A stretch of 64,000 nt of DNA from an uncultured Planctomycetaceae bacterium (GCA_963815195.1 CAWFGE010000020.1:32001-96000); one strand, 5' to 3'; positions 20,526-31,669 are shown, numbered from the stretch's first letter. The notes: a model not told the origin generated them from the letters alone. Numbers and translations are program-made.

Positions 20526-21302
20526 TCAGCTGAATTCCGGCCGGCGTTGTCTGAGTTGATCTTTCAACCGGGCGACGATGCTTGAGTGCATCTGGCTGAC
20601 GCGGGATTCGGAGAGACCCAGCGTGTTGCCGATCTCCTTCATCGTCAGTTCTTCATAGTAATAAAGAATGATGATCAGCCGCTCGTTGCGGTTGAGGCCT
20701 TTCGTGACCAGTCGCATCACGTCGCGTTTTTGAATCCCCAGCGTGGGGTCTTCGCCTTTGGAGTCTTCGAGGATGTCGATTTCGCGGACATCCTTGTAGC
20801 TGTCGGTCTCGTACCACTTCTTGTTCAAGCTGACGAGGTTCACCGCGCTGGCTTCGGATTTCAGCTTGTCGAACTCTTCCAGCGAGAGCTTCATCTTGGC
20901 GGCGATCTCGGCGTCGGTCGGCGGGCGGCCGACCTCGGCTTCCACCTGCTTGCGAGCCGCCTCGAGCTTGCTGGCTTTGCTGCGGACGAGCCGGGGCACC
21001 CAGTCCATCGTCCGTAGCTCATCGAGCATCGCGCCGCGGATCCGCGGCACGCAATAGGTTTCAAACTTCACCCCGCGCTCCAGGTCGAACGCGTCGATTG
21101 CGTCCATCAGCCCGAACACGCCCGCGGAGATGAGGTCGTTCATGTCCACGCCTTCCGGCAGCTTGGCCCAGACCTTTTCCGCGTTGTAGCGGACCAAGGG
21201 CAGGTAGCGTTCGATCAGCGCGTTCCGCAGATCCTGATTCGTCTGATCCTGCTTGTACACTTTCCAAGTTTCCGTCACATCTTCGGTGACCCTGGTAGCC
21301 AT
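20526..21302 (-). CDS. fliA: FliA/WhiG-family RNA polymerase sigma-28
   Basis: DLISAGVFGLMDAI..FD..RGVKFETY...RIRGAMLDELR..DWVPR; LYYYEELTMKEIG..LGLSESRVSQ; downstream of flhF/flhG. Confidence 0.93.
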   Translation of the reverse strand: MATRVTEDVTETWKVYKQDQTNQDLRNALIERYLPLVRYNAEKVWAKLPEGVDMNDLISAGVFGLMDAIDAFDLERGVKFETYCVPRIRGAMLDELRTMDWVPRLVRSKASKLEAARKQVEAEVGRPPTDAEIAAKMKLSLEEFDKLKSEASAVNLVSLNKKWYETDSYKDVREIDILEDSKGEDPTLGIQKRDVMRLVTKGLNRNERLIIILYYYEELTMKEIGNTLGLSESRVSQMHSSIVARLKDQLRQRRPEFS

Positions 21303-21349
21303 ACAACCCCTCCATGATGTTTGAGCCGTCCGCCAGGTTGCTCGCGGCA

Positions 21350-21592
21350 TTATGATTCCTTAGTTGATGCAGCTTTGCTTGCCGGGTTGGCTTTGGACAG
21401 CTCGGCGTCGACGCTTTCTTCGACGACCCGCCGGGCCACTTCGCCCATCAACAATCCCAGCCCCCAGAACACCCCGCCGGCGATCAGCGCCAATTGGATC
21501 GTGTCTTCAAACGTCCCGCCCCGCAACATCCCGTCAAAGGCGATGACGGAAAACGCGATGAGGGACAATCGGAGACCGAAGGCCATTGCCAC
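21350..21592 (-). CDS. Small two-TM hypothetical protein in the flagellar cluster
   Basis: 80 aa with two hydrophobic helices, between flhG and fliA. Confidence 0.6.
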   Translation of the reverse strand: MAMAFGLRLSLIAFSVIAFDGMLRGGTFEDTIQLALIAGGVFWGLGLLMGEVARRVVEESVDAELSKANPASKAASTKES

Positions 21593-21680
21593 GGATCAGG
21601 CTCTCCTGCCGGTTCGTCTCGGATGATCGTGCCAAACGTTTCACGGAGGGCTCCAGCGGAGCCGGCCGTGTTCTTAAAAT

Positions 21681-21709
21681 TTATCGACATGTCTTATCCT
21701 GCGAATTGA
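21681..21709 (-). promoter_or_regulatory. Possible sigma-28-type promoter
   Basis: Minus strand TCAA-N17-GTCGATAA vs consensus TAAA-N15-GCCGATAA; spacing is off. Confidence 0.3.
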
Positions 21710-21943
21710 GATTTTCTTGCCTGATCGGTTCGTTTTGAAAAATGGGCAAAACCGGAAGGGTCAGCGCCATCTTGCCCGATTTGACTCAGGCGATGCTCGA
21801 TAAAACCGGCGAGACAAGACAATCGAAGAAAGGTGAGAAATGTGAGAGTTGAGTGAGTGTGCTTGGCTTCAATTCCCGCGATGTGGTGAGAGGCACATCC
21901 TGGAAACGTTTTACGGTCTGGATCGGAAAAAACGGATCGGGGG

Positions 21944-22834
21944 TCAGGTGAGGATTGGAGACGACGACAAGCCGGGCGTGCGGGCCCGCGGGGAGTGGAT
22001 TGCGGGTTTTTGCCGGCTTTCGCGCTGATGAATCAACCGTCTCGCGAGTTGTTTCAGGGCGAGCGAGGCGGACGAGTGCGGGTGTTCCAGAAGGAACGGT
22101 TTCCGCACGGCGACCGAGGCCGCGACGTGAGAGTCTCGCGGCACCGAACCCGCCAATTCCAAGTCTTTCCGCAAAAACAACCGCGTCGTTTGTTTGAGCC
22201 TTTCGAGAATCTGATCCGTCTGCGAAGCCGACTCGGTCTGATTGATGAGGATTTCCCCATTGGGGCTGTCGAGGGATTTGACGGTGGCGTAGGCATCGGC
22301 GATGGCAGGCAATTCGGGCGTGGTCACGATCAGTACGCGATCCGCCATCTTCAAGAATTGCCGGAGCACACGATGAATGCCGGCACCCAAATCGACGACG
22401 ATAAAATCAAAGTCCTCTTTGAGCCGCCCGATCGCCGCGAAGAGTTCCACGACGGCAGCGGGTTTGTCCGCTTCTTCGGCGAGACTCCCCGCGCCCGGCA
22501 GGATTCTGACGCCCGACGAATGGTCGAGGAGGATTTCGTCCAGTCGGCGGGAGCCGCTGAGGACGTGCGAGAGATTCCAATACCCGTTCAAGCCGCAGAG
22601 CATGTCGATATGCCCTACGCCCCAGTTGGCATCGAGCAAGAGCACCGACTGCTCGGAGCGGGCCAAGGCGATCGCCAGGTTGAGCGCCAGGTTGCTTTTG
22701 CCCACGCCGCCTTTCCCGCTGGTGAGGGTCACGGCAAACGGCCGCTCCGCCGGGGCGGAATGGACCGCCGGCAGCGGCACCGCCGACGCCCGGCGTTCCA
22801 TTAAACCTCGAAGTGCATTGGCTTGATCGTGCAT
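21944..22834 (-). CDS. flhG: Flagellar number regulator FlhG/FleN (MinD/ParA ATPase)
   Basis: DQANALR N-terminus; deviant Walker A SGKGGVGKS; TTPE..AIADAYA. Confidence 0.88.
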   Translation of the reverse strand: MHDQANALRGLMERRASAVPLPAVHSAPAERPFAVTLTSGKGGVGKSNLALNLAIALARSEQSVLLLDANWGVGHIDMLCGLNGYWNLSHVLSGSRRLDEILLDHSSGVRILPGAGSLAEEADKPAAVVELFAAIGRLKEDFDFIVVDLGAGIHRVLRQFLKMADRVLIVTTPELPAIADAYATVKSLDSPNGEILINQTESASQTDQILERLKQTTRLFLRKDLELAGSVPRDSHVAASVAVRKPFLLEHPHSSASLALKQLARRLIHQRESRQKPAIHSPRARTPGLSSSPILT

Positions 22835-22876
22835 GGGGATTCGGTTGGGGGGACGAAAAAAGATTAAGATTAAAAA

Positions 22877-24184
22877 TCAGTTGGACATTTTGTCCGTGCC
22901 TAGGATCAGGCGGGCGATGCGGTCGGTGCGGGCGGGTTCGATGTCATTGGGCACATCCTGTCCTGTGGTGATGTAGCTGATGGGGAGCTTCACCTCCTGG
23001 GCCAGCGCGAGCAGATTGCCCAGGCCCGCGGCTTCGTCGAGCTTGGTCAAAATCAGCGAGGTCGCGTTCGCGGTGGCGAATTTCTCGGCCGAGGCCAAGA
23101 GGCTCCTGAGGCTCGATGTCAGGCTGAGCACCAGATGCACTTCGTCCACGCGGGCTTCGACCAGGAGGCGTTTTAATTCCTGGATTTGCAATTCGTCGCG
23201 GGGGCTGCGGCCGGCCGTGTCGATCAGCACGAGATCGAGGCCCACCAGCTCGTCCAAAGCCCGCCGCATTTCCAGCGGGTTGGTGACGACCTTCATCGGC
23301 AGGTCGATAATCTCCGCATACGTGCGAAGCTGCTCGACCGCGGCGATGCGGTAGGTGTCCACCGTCACCAGGCCCATCTTCACTTGATTCCGCAAGCGAA
23401 AGTTGGCCGCAAGCTTGGCGATGGTTGTGGTCTTGCCCACGCCGGTCGCCCCGATGAGCGCGACGACTTTCCGTTTGCCCGCGGTGAGTTGGATCGGCCC
23501 GCCCGCTGAGATGTTTTGCTCCACGAGCGCCGTCAAAAAGGCTTTGAGGGCCGCGGGATCGCCGAGTTGGGCCGGCGTGCACTCGGCTTTCAAGCGGCCG
23601 ATCAAATCGCGGGCGATGTCCTTCGGCACTTCTTCGTCCAACAGATTTTGATAAACCGCCTGGAGCGATGCCGGCAGTTCCTCCTCGGCTTTGGGGGCCG
23701 GCTTGGATCGGTCGCTCAATTTCAAGCCCAACTGCTCGAGCATGCTTTGAATGGATTCCACTTGCCGGGCGAGTTCCAGGATGGACTGATCGCCCGGCGG
23801 TTGCGAAGCGGCCGGTTGAATTTGGCGGGGTGGAATCTCGGCGGTTTCAGGCATCGCCGCGGAACGAAACGCCGCGGGTTGCCGGGGCGGTTGGGATAAT
23901 TCCAATGACACGCCGGCTTCCGCGGCACGCGCAAGGCCTGATGAGGAACGGGACTCCGCCGGCACCCGTGGCGAAATCGGCCGCGCGGGCTGGCTGTGCG
24001 AGCGGACGTTGATCCCGACGCCCGCGGTGATTTCCACTTCATCCGGGGCATGCTGCCACGGCAGCAGGCGTTTGCCGGGGATTTGCCGGGTGTGCAAAAT
24101 GACGGCTTCCGGCCCCAATTCCGTTTTGACAATCTCCAGCGCTTCCCGCATCGATTGGGCGCGAAAGGTCTTTACATCCGTCAT
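22877..24184 (-). CDS. flhF: Flagellar SRP-like GTPase FlhF
   Basis: KTFRA.SM.EAL..VK.ELG.EAVIL; GATGVGKTTTIAKLA; DTYRIAA; DTAGRS; TKLDE; TGQDVP. Confidence 0.95.
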   Translation of the reverse strand: MTDVKTFRAQSMREALEIVKTELGPEAVILHTRQIPGKRLLPWQHAPDEVEITAGVGINVRSHSQPARPISPRVPAESRSSSGLARAAEAGVSLELSQPPRQPAAFRSAAMPETAEIPPRQIQPAASQPPGDQSILELARQVESIQSMLEQLGLKLSDRSKPAPKAEEELPASLQAVYQNLLDEEVPKDIARDLIGRLKAECTPAQLGDPAALKAFLTALVEQNISAGGPIQLTAGKRKVVALIGATGVGKTTTIAKLAANFRLRNQVKMGLVTVDTYRIAAVEQLRTYAEIIDLPMKVVTNPLEMRRALDELVGLDLVLIDTAGRSPRDELQIQELKRLLVEARVDEVHLVLSLTSSLRSLLASAEKFATANATSLILTKLDEAAGLGNLLALAQEVKLPISYITTGQDVPNDIEPARTDRIARLILGTDKMSN

Positions 24185-24236
24185 GGGTTGGTTCCTGGGT
24201 TGGTCAAACATTGCTTATCGCTTTGATGTTCCTGAG

Positions 24237-26363
24237 TCAGGCTGCGCCGCTTGCAACCGGTTCGGGCGGCCGGACGGAGTCGGCACTCACCTGCCCCAGC
24301 GATTCGAGCACCGTGTCCCGCGTGATTTCATTCGTGCTTAACACCGCCAACCGGGGCAGGCGGGTTTCCGTCAGCATCTTGAGCCCCCGGCGGATCACCG
24401 GATGGCAGAGGATGACCTGGTCGTAACCGCGGATCACGAGCTTCTCCAATTCCTTGTCCAAGGCTTTGAGAAACCGCTCGCTGATGACCGGCGAGAGGTG
24501 CAGGCTCAAGTCCACGTGCTCGGTTTGTTTCATGCTGCCTTGGAACACCGTTTCGATGGCCGGGTCGAGCGTAATCACGTGCAGCACGCCGTTTTGATCG
24601 CGGTACTTCTGACAAATGGTCCGCATCAACGCGTGCCGGGTGTATTCGGTGAGCAGGTCCAAATCCTGCGTGCGGGCCGCGTAATTTCCCAGGGCGGTCA
24701 AAATCGTTTCCAAGTCGCGGATCGGCACCTGCTCGCTGAGCAGATTGCACAGAACCTGGTGCACCTGGGCGACTTTCAAGGGTTCGGGAATGAGTTCCTC
24801 AACGGTCTTGGGAGCGACCTTCTTCAGGTTTTCAATGAGCACGTGCACCTGCTCGCGGGTCAAGAGCTCCGCTCCGTGGTTCCGCACGATTTCCATGATG
24901 TGCGTCATCACGACCGAAGCGGGATCGATCACCTGATAGCCCATGAGTTGGGCGCGTTCCTTGTCTTTGGTTTCGATCCACAGGGCCTTGGTGCCGTAGA
25001 GTGGTTCGACGGTTTCCAAGCCGGGCACGCGCCCCGTGACCCCGCCTTTGTCCAAGGCCAATTGGCCCGTGGGGATGACTTCACCCTGGGCGATGGGCGC
25101 GCCGCGGAGCTTGAGTTGATAGGTGCTGGGCCTTAGGAGCATGTTATCGCGGATGCGGACGTTGGGCATGATGACGCCGAGTTCGTGGGCGAGCGCATGC
25201 CGGGCTTCAATGATCCGCTCGAGCAACTCGCCCCCGTGGTGGGGGTCGACGAGGCGGATCAATTCGCCGCTCAAATCGAGTTCCAAGGGATCGATTTGCA
25301 GATTGTTTTCGGGTTTCTCGTCTTCTTTTCGCTTGGCGGCGGCTTGCTCGTTTTGTTGGCGTTCTTCTTGGACCGTTTCGGCTTTGCGGGAGCGAAGCAG
25401 ATTCCAGCCGGTCGCTCCGCAGCCCGCCGAGAGCAACAGCAGCGGCACCATCGGCAATCCCGTGGTCGCCAGGACCAACAGAAAACCCGCGGAGAGCAGC
25501 ATCGCTTCGGGATGCCCAAAGAGTTGCCCCAGCACCTCGCGCGGCAAGTCGCTGTCCGCGGAGGTCCGCGTGACGATCAAACCCGCAGCCAAGGAGATCA
25601 AAAAGCCAGGGACCTGCGAGACCAAACCGTCGCCGATCGTCAATGTGGTAAAGACTTTGACGGCTTCGACAAAGGGCATGCCGTGCTCGACCATCCCCAC
25701 ATAAAGCCCGCCGATGATGTTGATCAGCGTGATGATAATCCCGGCGATGGCGTCGCCCCGCACGAATTTGCTGGCCCCGTCCATCGCTCCGTAGAAGTCG
25801 GCCTGCTCGGTGATTTCCTCCCGCCGTTTTTTGGCTTCGTCCTGCGTGATGAGGCCGGCATTCATGTCGGCGTCGATCGCCATCTGCTTGCCGGGCATGC
25901 CGTCCAATGCAAACCGGGCGGTGACTTCGCTGATCCGCGTGGCGCCTTTGGTGATCACCACGAACTGAATCACGATCAAGATGATAAAGATAATCAGCCC
26001 GACGACGATATTGTCGCCCGAAACAAACTGCCCGAAGGCTTCGATCACGCCGCCGGCCGCGCGGGTTCCATATTCCTTGGCTCCAGTGAGGATCAGCCGC
26101 GTGGAGGCGACATTGAGCACCAGCCGCACCAGCGTCGTGCCCAGGAGAATCGTGGGGAACACGCTGAACTCCAGCGGCCGGGTGACGTAGATCGTCGTCA
26201 GCAGAATCACCACGGCGATCGTCACGTTGCAGGCTAAGAGCAGGTCCATCACCGCCGGCGGCAAAGGTGCGACCAAGATCAGCACCGCCGCTACGATGAG
26301 CACGGGGAACACCAGTCCCCGGTTGTGCGCAACAGCTGCGCACCAACCGACCGTTGCCGGCAT
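24237..26363 (-). CDS. flhA: Flagellar export protein FlhA
   Basis: FSVFPT.LL; LNVASTRLIL; RF.LDGMPGKQMAIDAD; DFYGAMDGASKFVRGDA; TIGDGLV. Confidence 0.96.
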   Translation of the reverse strand: MPATVGWCAAVAHNRGLVFPVLIVAAVLILVAPLPPAVMDLLLACNVTIAVVILLTTIYVTRPLEFSVFPTILLGTTLVRLVLNVASTRLILTGAKEYGTRAAGGVIEAFGQFVSGDNIVVGLIIFIILIVIQFVVITKGATRISEVTARFALDGMPGKQMAIDADMNAGLITQDEAKKRREEITEQADFYGAMDGASKFVRGDAIAGIIITLINIIGGLYVGMVEHGMPFVEAVKVFTTLTIGDGLVSQVPGFLISLAAGLIVTRTSADSDLPREVLGQLFGHPEAMLLSAGFLLVLATTGLPMVPLLLLSAGCGATGWNLLRSRKAETVQEERQQNEQAAAKRKEDEKPENNLQIDPLELDLSGELIRLVDPHHGGELLERIIEARHALAHELGVIMPNVRIRDNMLLRPSTYQLKLRGAPIAQGEVIPTGQLALDKGGVTGRVPGLETVEPLYGTKALWIETKDKERAQLMGYQVIDPASVVMTHIMEIVRNHGAELLTREQVHVLIENLKKVAPKTVEELIPEPLKVAQVHQVLCNLLSEQVPIRDLETILTALGNYAARTQDLDLLTEYTRHALMRTICQKYRDQNGVLHVITLDPAIETVFQGSMKQTEHVDLSLHLSPVISERFLKALDKELEKLVIRGYDQVILCHPVIRRGLKMLTETRLPRLAVLSTNEITRDTVLESLGQVSADSVRPPEPVASGAA

Positions 26364-26693
26364 GACGTGACTCCGGAACGCCCCCGCAGGCAGGCCTTGC
26401 CTTAGGGCAGCCGCCGGGCGTGGGTTTCGTTGTGAAGGGGTGAGATTTGAGAAATGAGTGAGAGGGCCGCTATTTAGTGAAAAATATCCGGCGTGTCCAG
26501 ATAGATTTCAGAATGTTTCGCAATTCGCCGAAGGCGGGGCAAGACGGGCGCACCGCCAGAATCGCAGGGGCGGCTCGGACATGCCTCTGTGCCCGAGCGA
26601 TTGTCGTTTTTACAACCGGATGAATCCTTGCCCTTCAAGACGCGAAAGCGAATGATGCCAGCGACATCGAAATGCCGGAGGCTCTGTCGCGGC

Positions 26694-27743
26694 CTAAGGA
26701 TGACTCCACACCGTGTTCCCCGGCGTCGTCAAGTCAACACTCCACAGCGTGCCGCCGGCGGTGATGTAGAGAGTCTTGAAATCCTGGCCGCCGAAGGCGC
26801 AGTTGGTGACTTCATCTTTGGGGATGGGGATAAACGCCAATTGATCGCCTTGGGGGGAGAAGACGTAGATGCCCGCCGTGGGTTGTTTCGCGGTTTCGTA
26901 GGGCGGGTGGGGTTTGTTGAGGCCGGCGGCGACATAAAGCCGGCCTTTGGTATCCAGTTTCATGCCGTCGGGGCCGCGGGTGGTTTTCCAATCGTGGATC
27001 AGCGTTTGACTTCCGGGCTTGACAGTGCCTTTGGGCGTGAGCTCGAACCGCCAGAGTTTTCGCGCACCGCCTTTGGTGTTGTTGTTATTGTCGGCGACGT
27101 AGAGATAGCGGTCGTCGGGGGTGATCACCAAGCCGTTCGGGCGGTCCACTTCGTGGGTGATGATCCGCGCGACGGTGCCGTCGGGATCGATGCGGTACAC
27201 GCCTTCGACTTTTTTGCCGTCGGCATCGAGCATTTCCATTTTGCCGCGGTCGCCATACTGGGGATCGGAGAAATAAATTCGCCCGCGGGAGTCCATCGTC
27301 AGGTCGTTGGGCTGATTGAACTTTTGCCCGTGATAGTGGTAGGCGAGCCCGGTGAGTGTGCCGTCTTTCTCCATGCGGGTGATCCGCCGCCGGACCGCTT
27401 CGCAGATCACCAATCGGCCCTCGCGGTCGAACATCAATCCGTTGGAGCCGTAGTTTCTGCGGAAGATGCTTTGCTTGCCGTCCAAATCCCGCCGCATGAT
27501 GTGCCCGTCGCCGCTGGTGAGTAACCCCACCTGCGGATGCCAAACCGGGCCTTCGCCCGCCCCGGTGGTCTGAAGCAGCTTGGGCTTCGCACCGGGAGCC
27601 AGGATCGCCTCGTCCGCTGCCGCGGTCGAAAAACAACACAACACACAAAGCACGAACGCCGCTGCGCCCCAGGTGGCCACTCGCAAAAGCCGCCTGCGGG
27701 AAGATTTTGGAACCAGGTTTTTGGGCATCGCAAGAATCCTCAA
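26694..27743 (-). CDS. SMP-30/gluconolactonase/LRE family protein, exported
   Basis: GEGPVW, SNGL, FNQPNDL, YFSDP, RPNGL, PDGMKLD, TNCAFGG; the start may be the second Met. Confidence 0.9.
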   Translation of the reverse strand: MRILAMPKNLVPKSSRRRLLRVATWGAAAFVLCVLCCFSTAAADEAILAPGAKPKLLQTTGAGEGPVWHPQVGLLTSGDGHIMRRDLDGKQSIFRRNYGSNGLMFDREGRLVICEAVRRRITRMEKDGTLTGLAYHYHGQKFNQPNDLTMDSRGRIYFSDPQYGDRGKMEMLDADGKKVEGVYRIDPDGTVARIITHEVDRPNGLVITPDDRYLYVADNNNNTKGGARKLWRFELTPKGTVKPGSQTLIHDWKTTRGPDGMKLDTKGRLYVAAGLNKPHPPYETAKQPTAGIYVFSPQGDQLAFIPIPKDEVTNCAFGGQDFKTLYITAGGTLWSVDLTTPGNTVWSHP

Positions 27744-27892
27744 ATGGAAGTTACTTTTTGAATTTCTTGGCCTGGGCGATCAACGTTTGGAGAATGGTCT
27801 TCGTGGTGTTGGAATCCAATATTTCGATCGATTCAAACGCCAACGCACAAAACGCCAAGGAACTTTTCCGAAGTCCGCCAACGCGCCGAGAA

Positions 27893-28804
27893 TCACCCCA
27901 ACTGCTCGAGGGGGCAGGCTTTCGTCGCGACGGCGGCCGCGCCGACCGGGTGATATTGCAGCGTCATCTGGCGGTTTTCGATGGTGACCCCCGTGTAGCC
28001 CGGGCGGAATTCGGGCAGGTTGTAGCCGGGGGCGTTCTGGGCTTCGAGGCGGCGGTCCCGATTGTAGAGCACCGAGGGAAACGAGATTTCCTGGACCGGG
28101 GCATGATCGTCCCAACCGCGGACCCCGTTGTGAAAATGCCCGTGCAAGAGGCACAGCACCCGCTCGTTGTGCTTTTGAAGAATCTCGTAAAGCTCCGTTT
28201 GCCCGTTGGCGGGTTTGACGTACCAGCCGCGGTCGGGATGCCGATTCGTATGCGCCGGGACGTGCATGCAGAGGGCGAGGAATTTCCCATCCCGGCGGGC
28301 TTGTTCGCATTGCTCTGTGATCCATGCCAGTTGGGACTTCGATAAAAATCCATCGTGCGAATCGGTGCGGGCGTTGTTCAAGAGCAGAAACCGGAGCCAC
28401 TCGAGATCGACTGTGGTGTCCACGGGTTTGCGGATGTGTTTTTCAAAGAGTTCCTGCGGATCGTGGTTGCCGGGGATTTCATAAATCGGCTGCGGGAGGG
28501 ATTCGCGGATTTTGAGATAAACCGGATACTCGGCTTCGCGTCCGCCGTCCACGACGTCCCCCAGATGCAGCACCAGCTTGGCGGGCGACTTGGCGATTTC
28601 CGCCGCGGCTTTCTGCCACTGCTTCGCGGCCGCGGTGTTGTCGCGGTATCCCAAATGCGTATCGCTCACAACGAGAAACGACAGCTTGGGGAGCGTTTTC
28701 TCCGCCGCCAGCAAACACCCCGGCCGCACCACGAGCGCCGCGCCCCAGCCCGTCACCTGCAAAAACCGCCTGCGGGAAGCGTTCTGAATCGGTTGATTGT
28801 GCAT
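27893..28804 (-). CDS. Tat-exported calcineurin-like metallophosphoesterase
   Basis: SRRRFL; DTH, GD, GNHD, H and GHFH motifs. Confidence 0.9.
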   Translation of the reverse strand: MHNQPIQNASRRRFLQVTGWGAALVVRPGCLLAAEKTLPKLSFLVVSDTHLGYRDNTAAAKQWQKAAAEIAKSPAKLVLHLGDVVDGGREAEYPVYLKIRESLPQPIYEIPGNHDPQELFEKHIRKPVDTTVDLEWLRFLLLNNARTDSHDGFLSKSQLAWITEQCEQARRDGKFLALCMHVPAHTNRHPDRGWYVKPANGQTELYEILQKHNERVLCLLHGHFHNGVRGWDDHAPVQEISFPSVLYNRDRRLEAQNAPGYNLPEFRPGYTGVTIENRQMTLQYHPVGAAAVATKACPLEQLG

Positions 28805-29219
28805 CGCACGAATGCTCCAATGGAGGAACGTTATTTGCTAATTTCCACTGATAATGAAAGATCAGCACAAATTCGCGAAGTTTCGTGTTCCTCAAAATTG
28901 TTTGCTAAGGGGAAGACATTTTTTACCCAAATGCCCATGCACCCGAACACCAACGGAATGATTATTTTTCGATCCGTCGCGGATTCCACAAAGGAACTCC
29001 ATCAATTCTGCCGGCAGGAACTGGCTGCGTCCAGGAAATTTTCCGCAAAATCCAGGATCGGGGAAACTGCCGAATTGTGTTCCCTTGCGTCACGGGTCCG
29101 GCCCTCTATAATTTTGATGGAACGTAACTTTCCTGATCGCAGCATGGGCGAACCCTCCATTCCCTCTAATCGTCCCTGCCGCGTTTTCCTTCCGCTCTTT
29201 TCCTCCCCGAGAGGCCAAA

Positions 29220-29768
29220 ATGCGTGAATGGTTTCGCAATGTGTTCGTGACGGTTTGGACGGTGATGTACGGGATGTGGATCACGCTCCGCACCTGGTTC
29301 AAAACCTACAACCGCCGGACCTTCACCGAAGTTTACGAATACCCCGAAGTCCCCGCTCCGGTCAAACCGCGCTACCGAGGGTTTCACCGTTTCGATTTGA
29401 CCGTCTGCATCGGTTGCGAAAAATGCGCGGCCGCCTGCCCCATCGACTGCATCTATATCGAGAAGGAAAAAAGTCCGGTCGGCAAAGGCTTTCGTGTTGA
29501 CACCTTCACCATCGACTATACAAAGTGCATGTTTTGTGCCTTGTGTGTGGAGCCTTGCCCGGTGGACTGCATTTTCATGGGGTCAAATCACGATCTGAGT
29601 TGTTATAGCCGCGATGGTTGCATCGTGGATTATGCGAAACTGCCGCTGCAAGTGGCCTGGGGGCAAAACACCCTCAATCCGACCGCGGTGGCGGAATCGA
29701 AAGTTTTGTACGAACCGGTTTGGGTCAAGGGCGAACCAAGCCCCTTTGAATACAGTTCGGAATCGTAA
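29220..29768 (+). CDS. nuoI: NADH-quinone oxidoreductase subunit I
   Basis: YPE..RYRGFH; two CxxCxxCxxxCP clusters; IDYTKCMFC. Confidence 0.9.
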   Translation: MREWFRNVFVTVWTVMYGMWITLRTWFKTYNRRTFTEVYEYPEVPAPVKPRYRGFHRFDLTVCIGCEKCAAACPIDCIYIEKEKSPVGKGFRVDTFTIDYTKCMFCALCVEPCPVDCIFMGSNHDLSCYSRDGCIVDYAKLPLQVAWGQNTLNPTAVAESKVLYEPVWVKGEPSPFEYSSES

Positions 29769-29872
29769 GGATTCAGGTTCCCGCGGGCCGAGGATTTCTT
29801 GTCGGTGACCAATTGCAAACTGCAGTCCCGCAGCTTGTTCCCACGCCCACCCATTACGAAAGGGGAAATGCC

Positions 29873-30352
29873 ATGACGACCGCTTCGCGAAAACGGCTGT
29901 TCACCGTTGAGGAAGCCAACCAGCGTTTGCCCTTGGTGCGGCTGATTGTGACCGACATCGTCAAACTCTACGAAGACGTTCAGCAACGGCGGGAACGGCT
30001 GAGCCACATCCGCCGGTCGCCCGCGAGCCACAAACAGGCACCGACCTTGTACAGCGAAGAAGTCCAACAGATTGAAGAAGAGTTGGAAAAGGACATCGAA
30101 CGTTTGGAGGAGTTCGCCAACGAACTCGAGGACTTGGGCGTGGAGCTCAAAGACCCCGTGCAGGGACTGGTGGATTTCCGCTCGATCATGGACGGCCGGC
30201 AGGTTTATCTCTGCTGGAAGCTCGGCGAAGAGGAAATCACCCACTGGCACGAATTGAACACGGGCTTCCAGGGCCGGCAGTCGCTGCTCGAAGACTCGGT
30301 GTTCGGCGACGGCAGCCTGGACGAAGATGTCCCTTCAACCGATGGAGAGTGA
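29873..30352 (+). CDS. DUF2203-family protein
   Basis: FTVEEAN..LP; GVELKD...GLVDF; YLCWKLGE..I.HWH....GF.GR. Confidence 0.85.
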   Translation: MTTASRKRLFTVEEANQRLPLVRLIVTDIVKLYEDVQQRRERLSHIRRSPASHKQAPTLYSEEVQQIEEELEKDIERLEEFANELEDLGVELKDPVQGLVDFRSIMDGRQVYLCWKLGEEEITHWHELNTGFQGRQSLLEDSVFGDGSLDEDVPSTDGE

Positions 30353-30472
30353 GTCTGCTGCAGCCCGCAGCGCAAGCAAGGGTTTTTCAGAACGTGTGTC
30401 CCTCGCTGGCACGTCGGGATAGTTTGACATTCATTCGGCCGGCCGGGAATTACAGATTACGGGAATTTGATT

Positions 30473-31048
30473 ATGGTCGATCTCGTCGGGCATTTTTTAT
30501 TGTTTATGGTGGCGGCCATCGGGTTTTTGATGGTGCCTCTGCTGATCGGGAAATTCGTTCGCCCCAAACTGCCCACGCCGGAAAAAGACGCCATCTACGA
30601 ATGCGGCGAACCGACCATCGGCACCAGCTACGTCCAGTTCGACCTCAGGTTTTACGTGGTCGCGTTGCTGTTCATCATTTTTGATGTGGAAGTGGCGTTC
30701 TTCTTCCCCTGGGCGACGATTTACGGGGCGTCCATCCAACTGGCCGACCCCAACCTCAGCGATGCCGCCCGCACCGCCTTGAGCGAATCGCTGCTGGGCA
30801 CGCTGGCCGGCACCGGGCAGGCCATTTCCGCCGAACTGGCCCACACGATCGCCTTGTTCGGGTTCGTGGACATTCTGGTGTTCTTCGGCGTGCTGTTGGT
30901 GGGATTTGCCTACGTCTGGAAGCGGGGCGATTTGGATTGGGTCCGCGCGGTCGCCGAGCAAGCCAAGAAAGCCGCCGCCCGCCCGCGAACGCCCCACCAC
31001 GTCCACCCTTCACCTCCGACGAAGCCCCAAGAACCCGTGGGGGTTTAA
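30473..31048 (+). CDS. nuoA: NADH-quinone oxidoreductase subunit A
   Basis: YECGE; RFYVVALLFIIFDVEVAFFFPWA; YVWKRGDLDW; long insertion between TM2 and TM3. Confidence 0.92.
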   Translation: MVDLVGHFLLFMVAAIGFLMVPLLIGKFVRPKLPTPEKDAIYECGEPTIGTSYVQFDLRFYVVALLFIIFDVEVAFFFPWATIYGASIQLADPNLSDAARTALSESLLGTLAGTGQAISAELAHTIALFGFVDILVFFGVLLVGFAYVWKRGDLDWVRAVAEQAKKAAARPRTPHHVHPSPPTKPQEPVGV

Positions 31049-31078
31049 TGTTTTTCCTTTGAAGCACGGGAGAGTGTC

Positions 31079-31633
31079 ATGAAATTCCTGCCAGTCGTTT
31101 TCGTAACCTTGGCCATCACCGCCACGGGGTTTGCCATTCCCCATCGCTCTTTTTCGGACGGGACGCAGGAGAGAATCGAAGCTCCAAAGCCCATTGCCAT
31201 CAGCATCGATGATTTGGCGGTTCCCATCAAAAGCCGGTCGGAATTTCAGGAATCGAAAATTCCCAAAAAGATTTTGGAGCTTAACGGCAAACGAGTGCGG
31301 CTGATCGGGCAGATGTATTTCCCCGTTATCCCTGCTGTGGAGATGAAGGAATTCGTGTTCAATGGAGATACGGAACAGAAAACCTGTAACGGCTTCACGT
31401 CGCGGTCCGCAATTCCCCTCCAGCACATGATTAAGGTCCAAATGAAAGATGGGGCCGCAATCAAGTCCACTACCGGAACGATTGAAGTCATTGGCCGTTT
31501 GCGGGTCAAAGTGGAGCGATCAAAAAATGAAATCCTGTTTATCTACAAAATTGAAGATGCCACGGTTCGGCCGGGGGAGCGTGAGGAGGGATTTCAACCG
31601 TCCCTGCTGAGTTTGCCCATCATTACATGTTAA
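31079..31633 (+). CDS. Exported hypothetical protein (DUF3299-like)
   Basis: Signal peptide; IP..I.ELNGKRVRL.G.M.P..EF..C..I.V..G.L; visibly lower GC than its neighbours. Confidence 0.55.
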   Translation: MKFLPVVFVTLAITATGFAIPHRSFSDGTQERIEAPKPIAISIDDLAVPIKSRSEFQESKIPKKILELNGKRVRLIGQMYFPVIPAVEMKEFVFNGDTEQKTCNGFTSRSAIPLQHMIKVQMKDGAAIKSTTGTIEVIGRLRVKVERSKNEILFIYKIEDATVRPGEREEGFQPSLLSLPIITC

Positions 31634-31669
31634 ACAGACTAGCCCAGTTGGTTTAGAAACCTGTACCCT

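Noticed and set aside
24237..26363. Type III injectisome SctV
   Set aside because: The neighbours flhF, flhG and fliA identify it as flagellar FlhA
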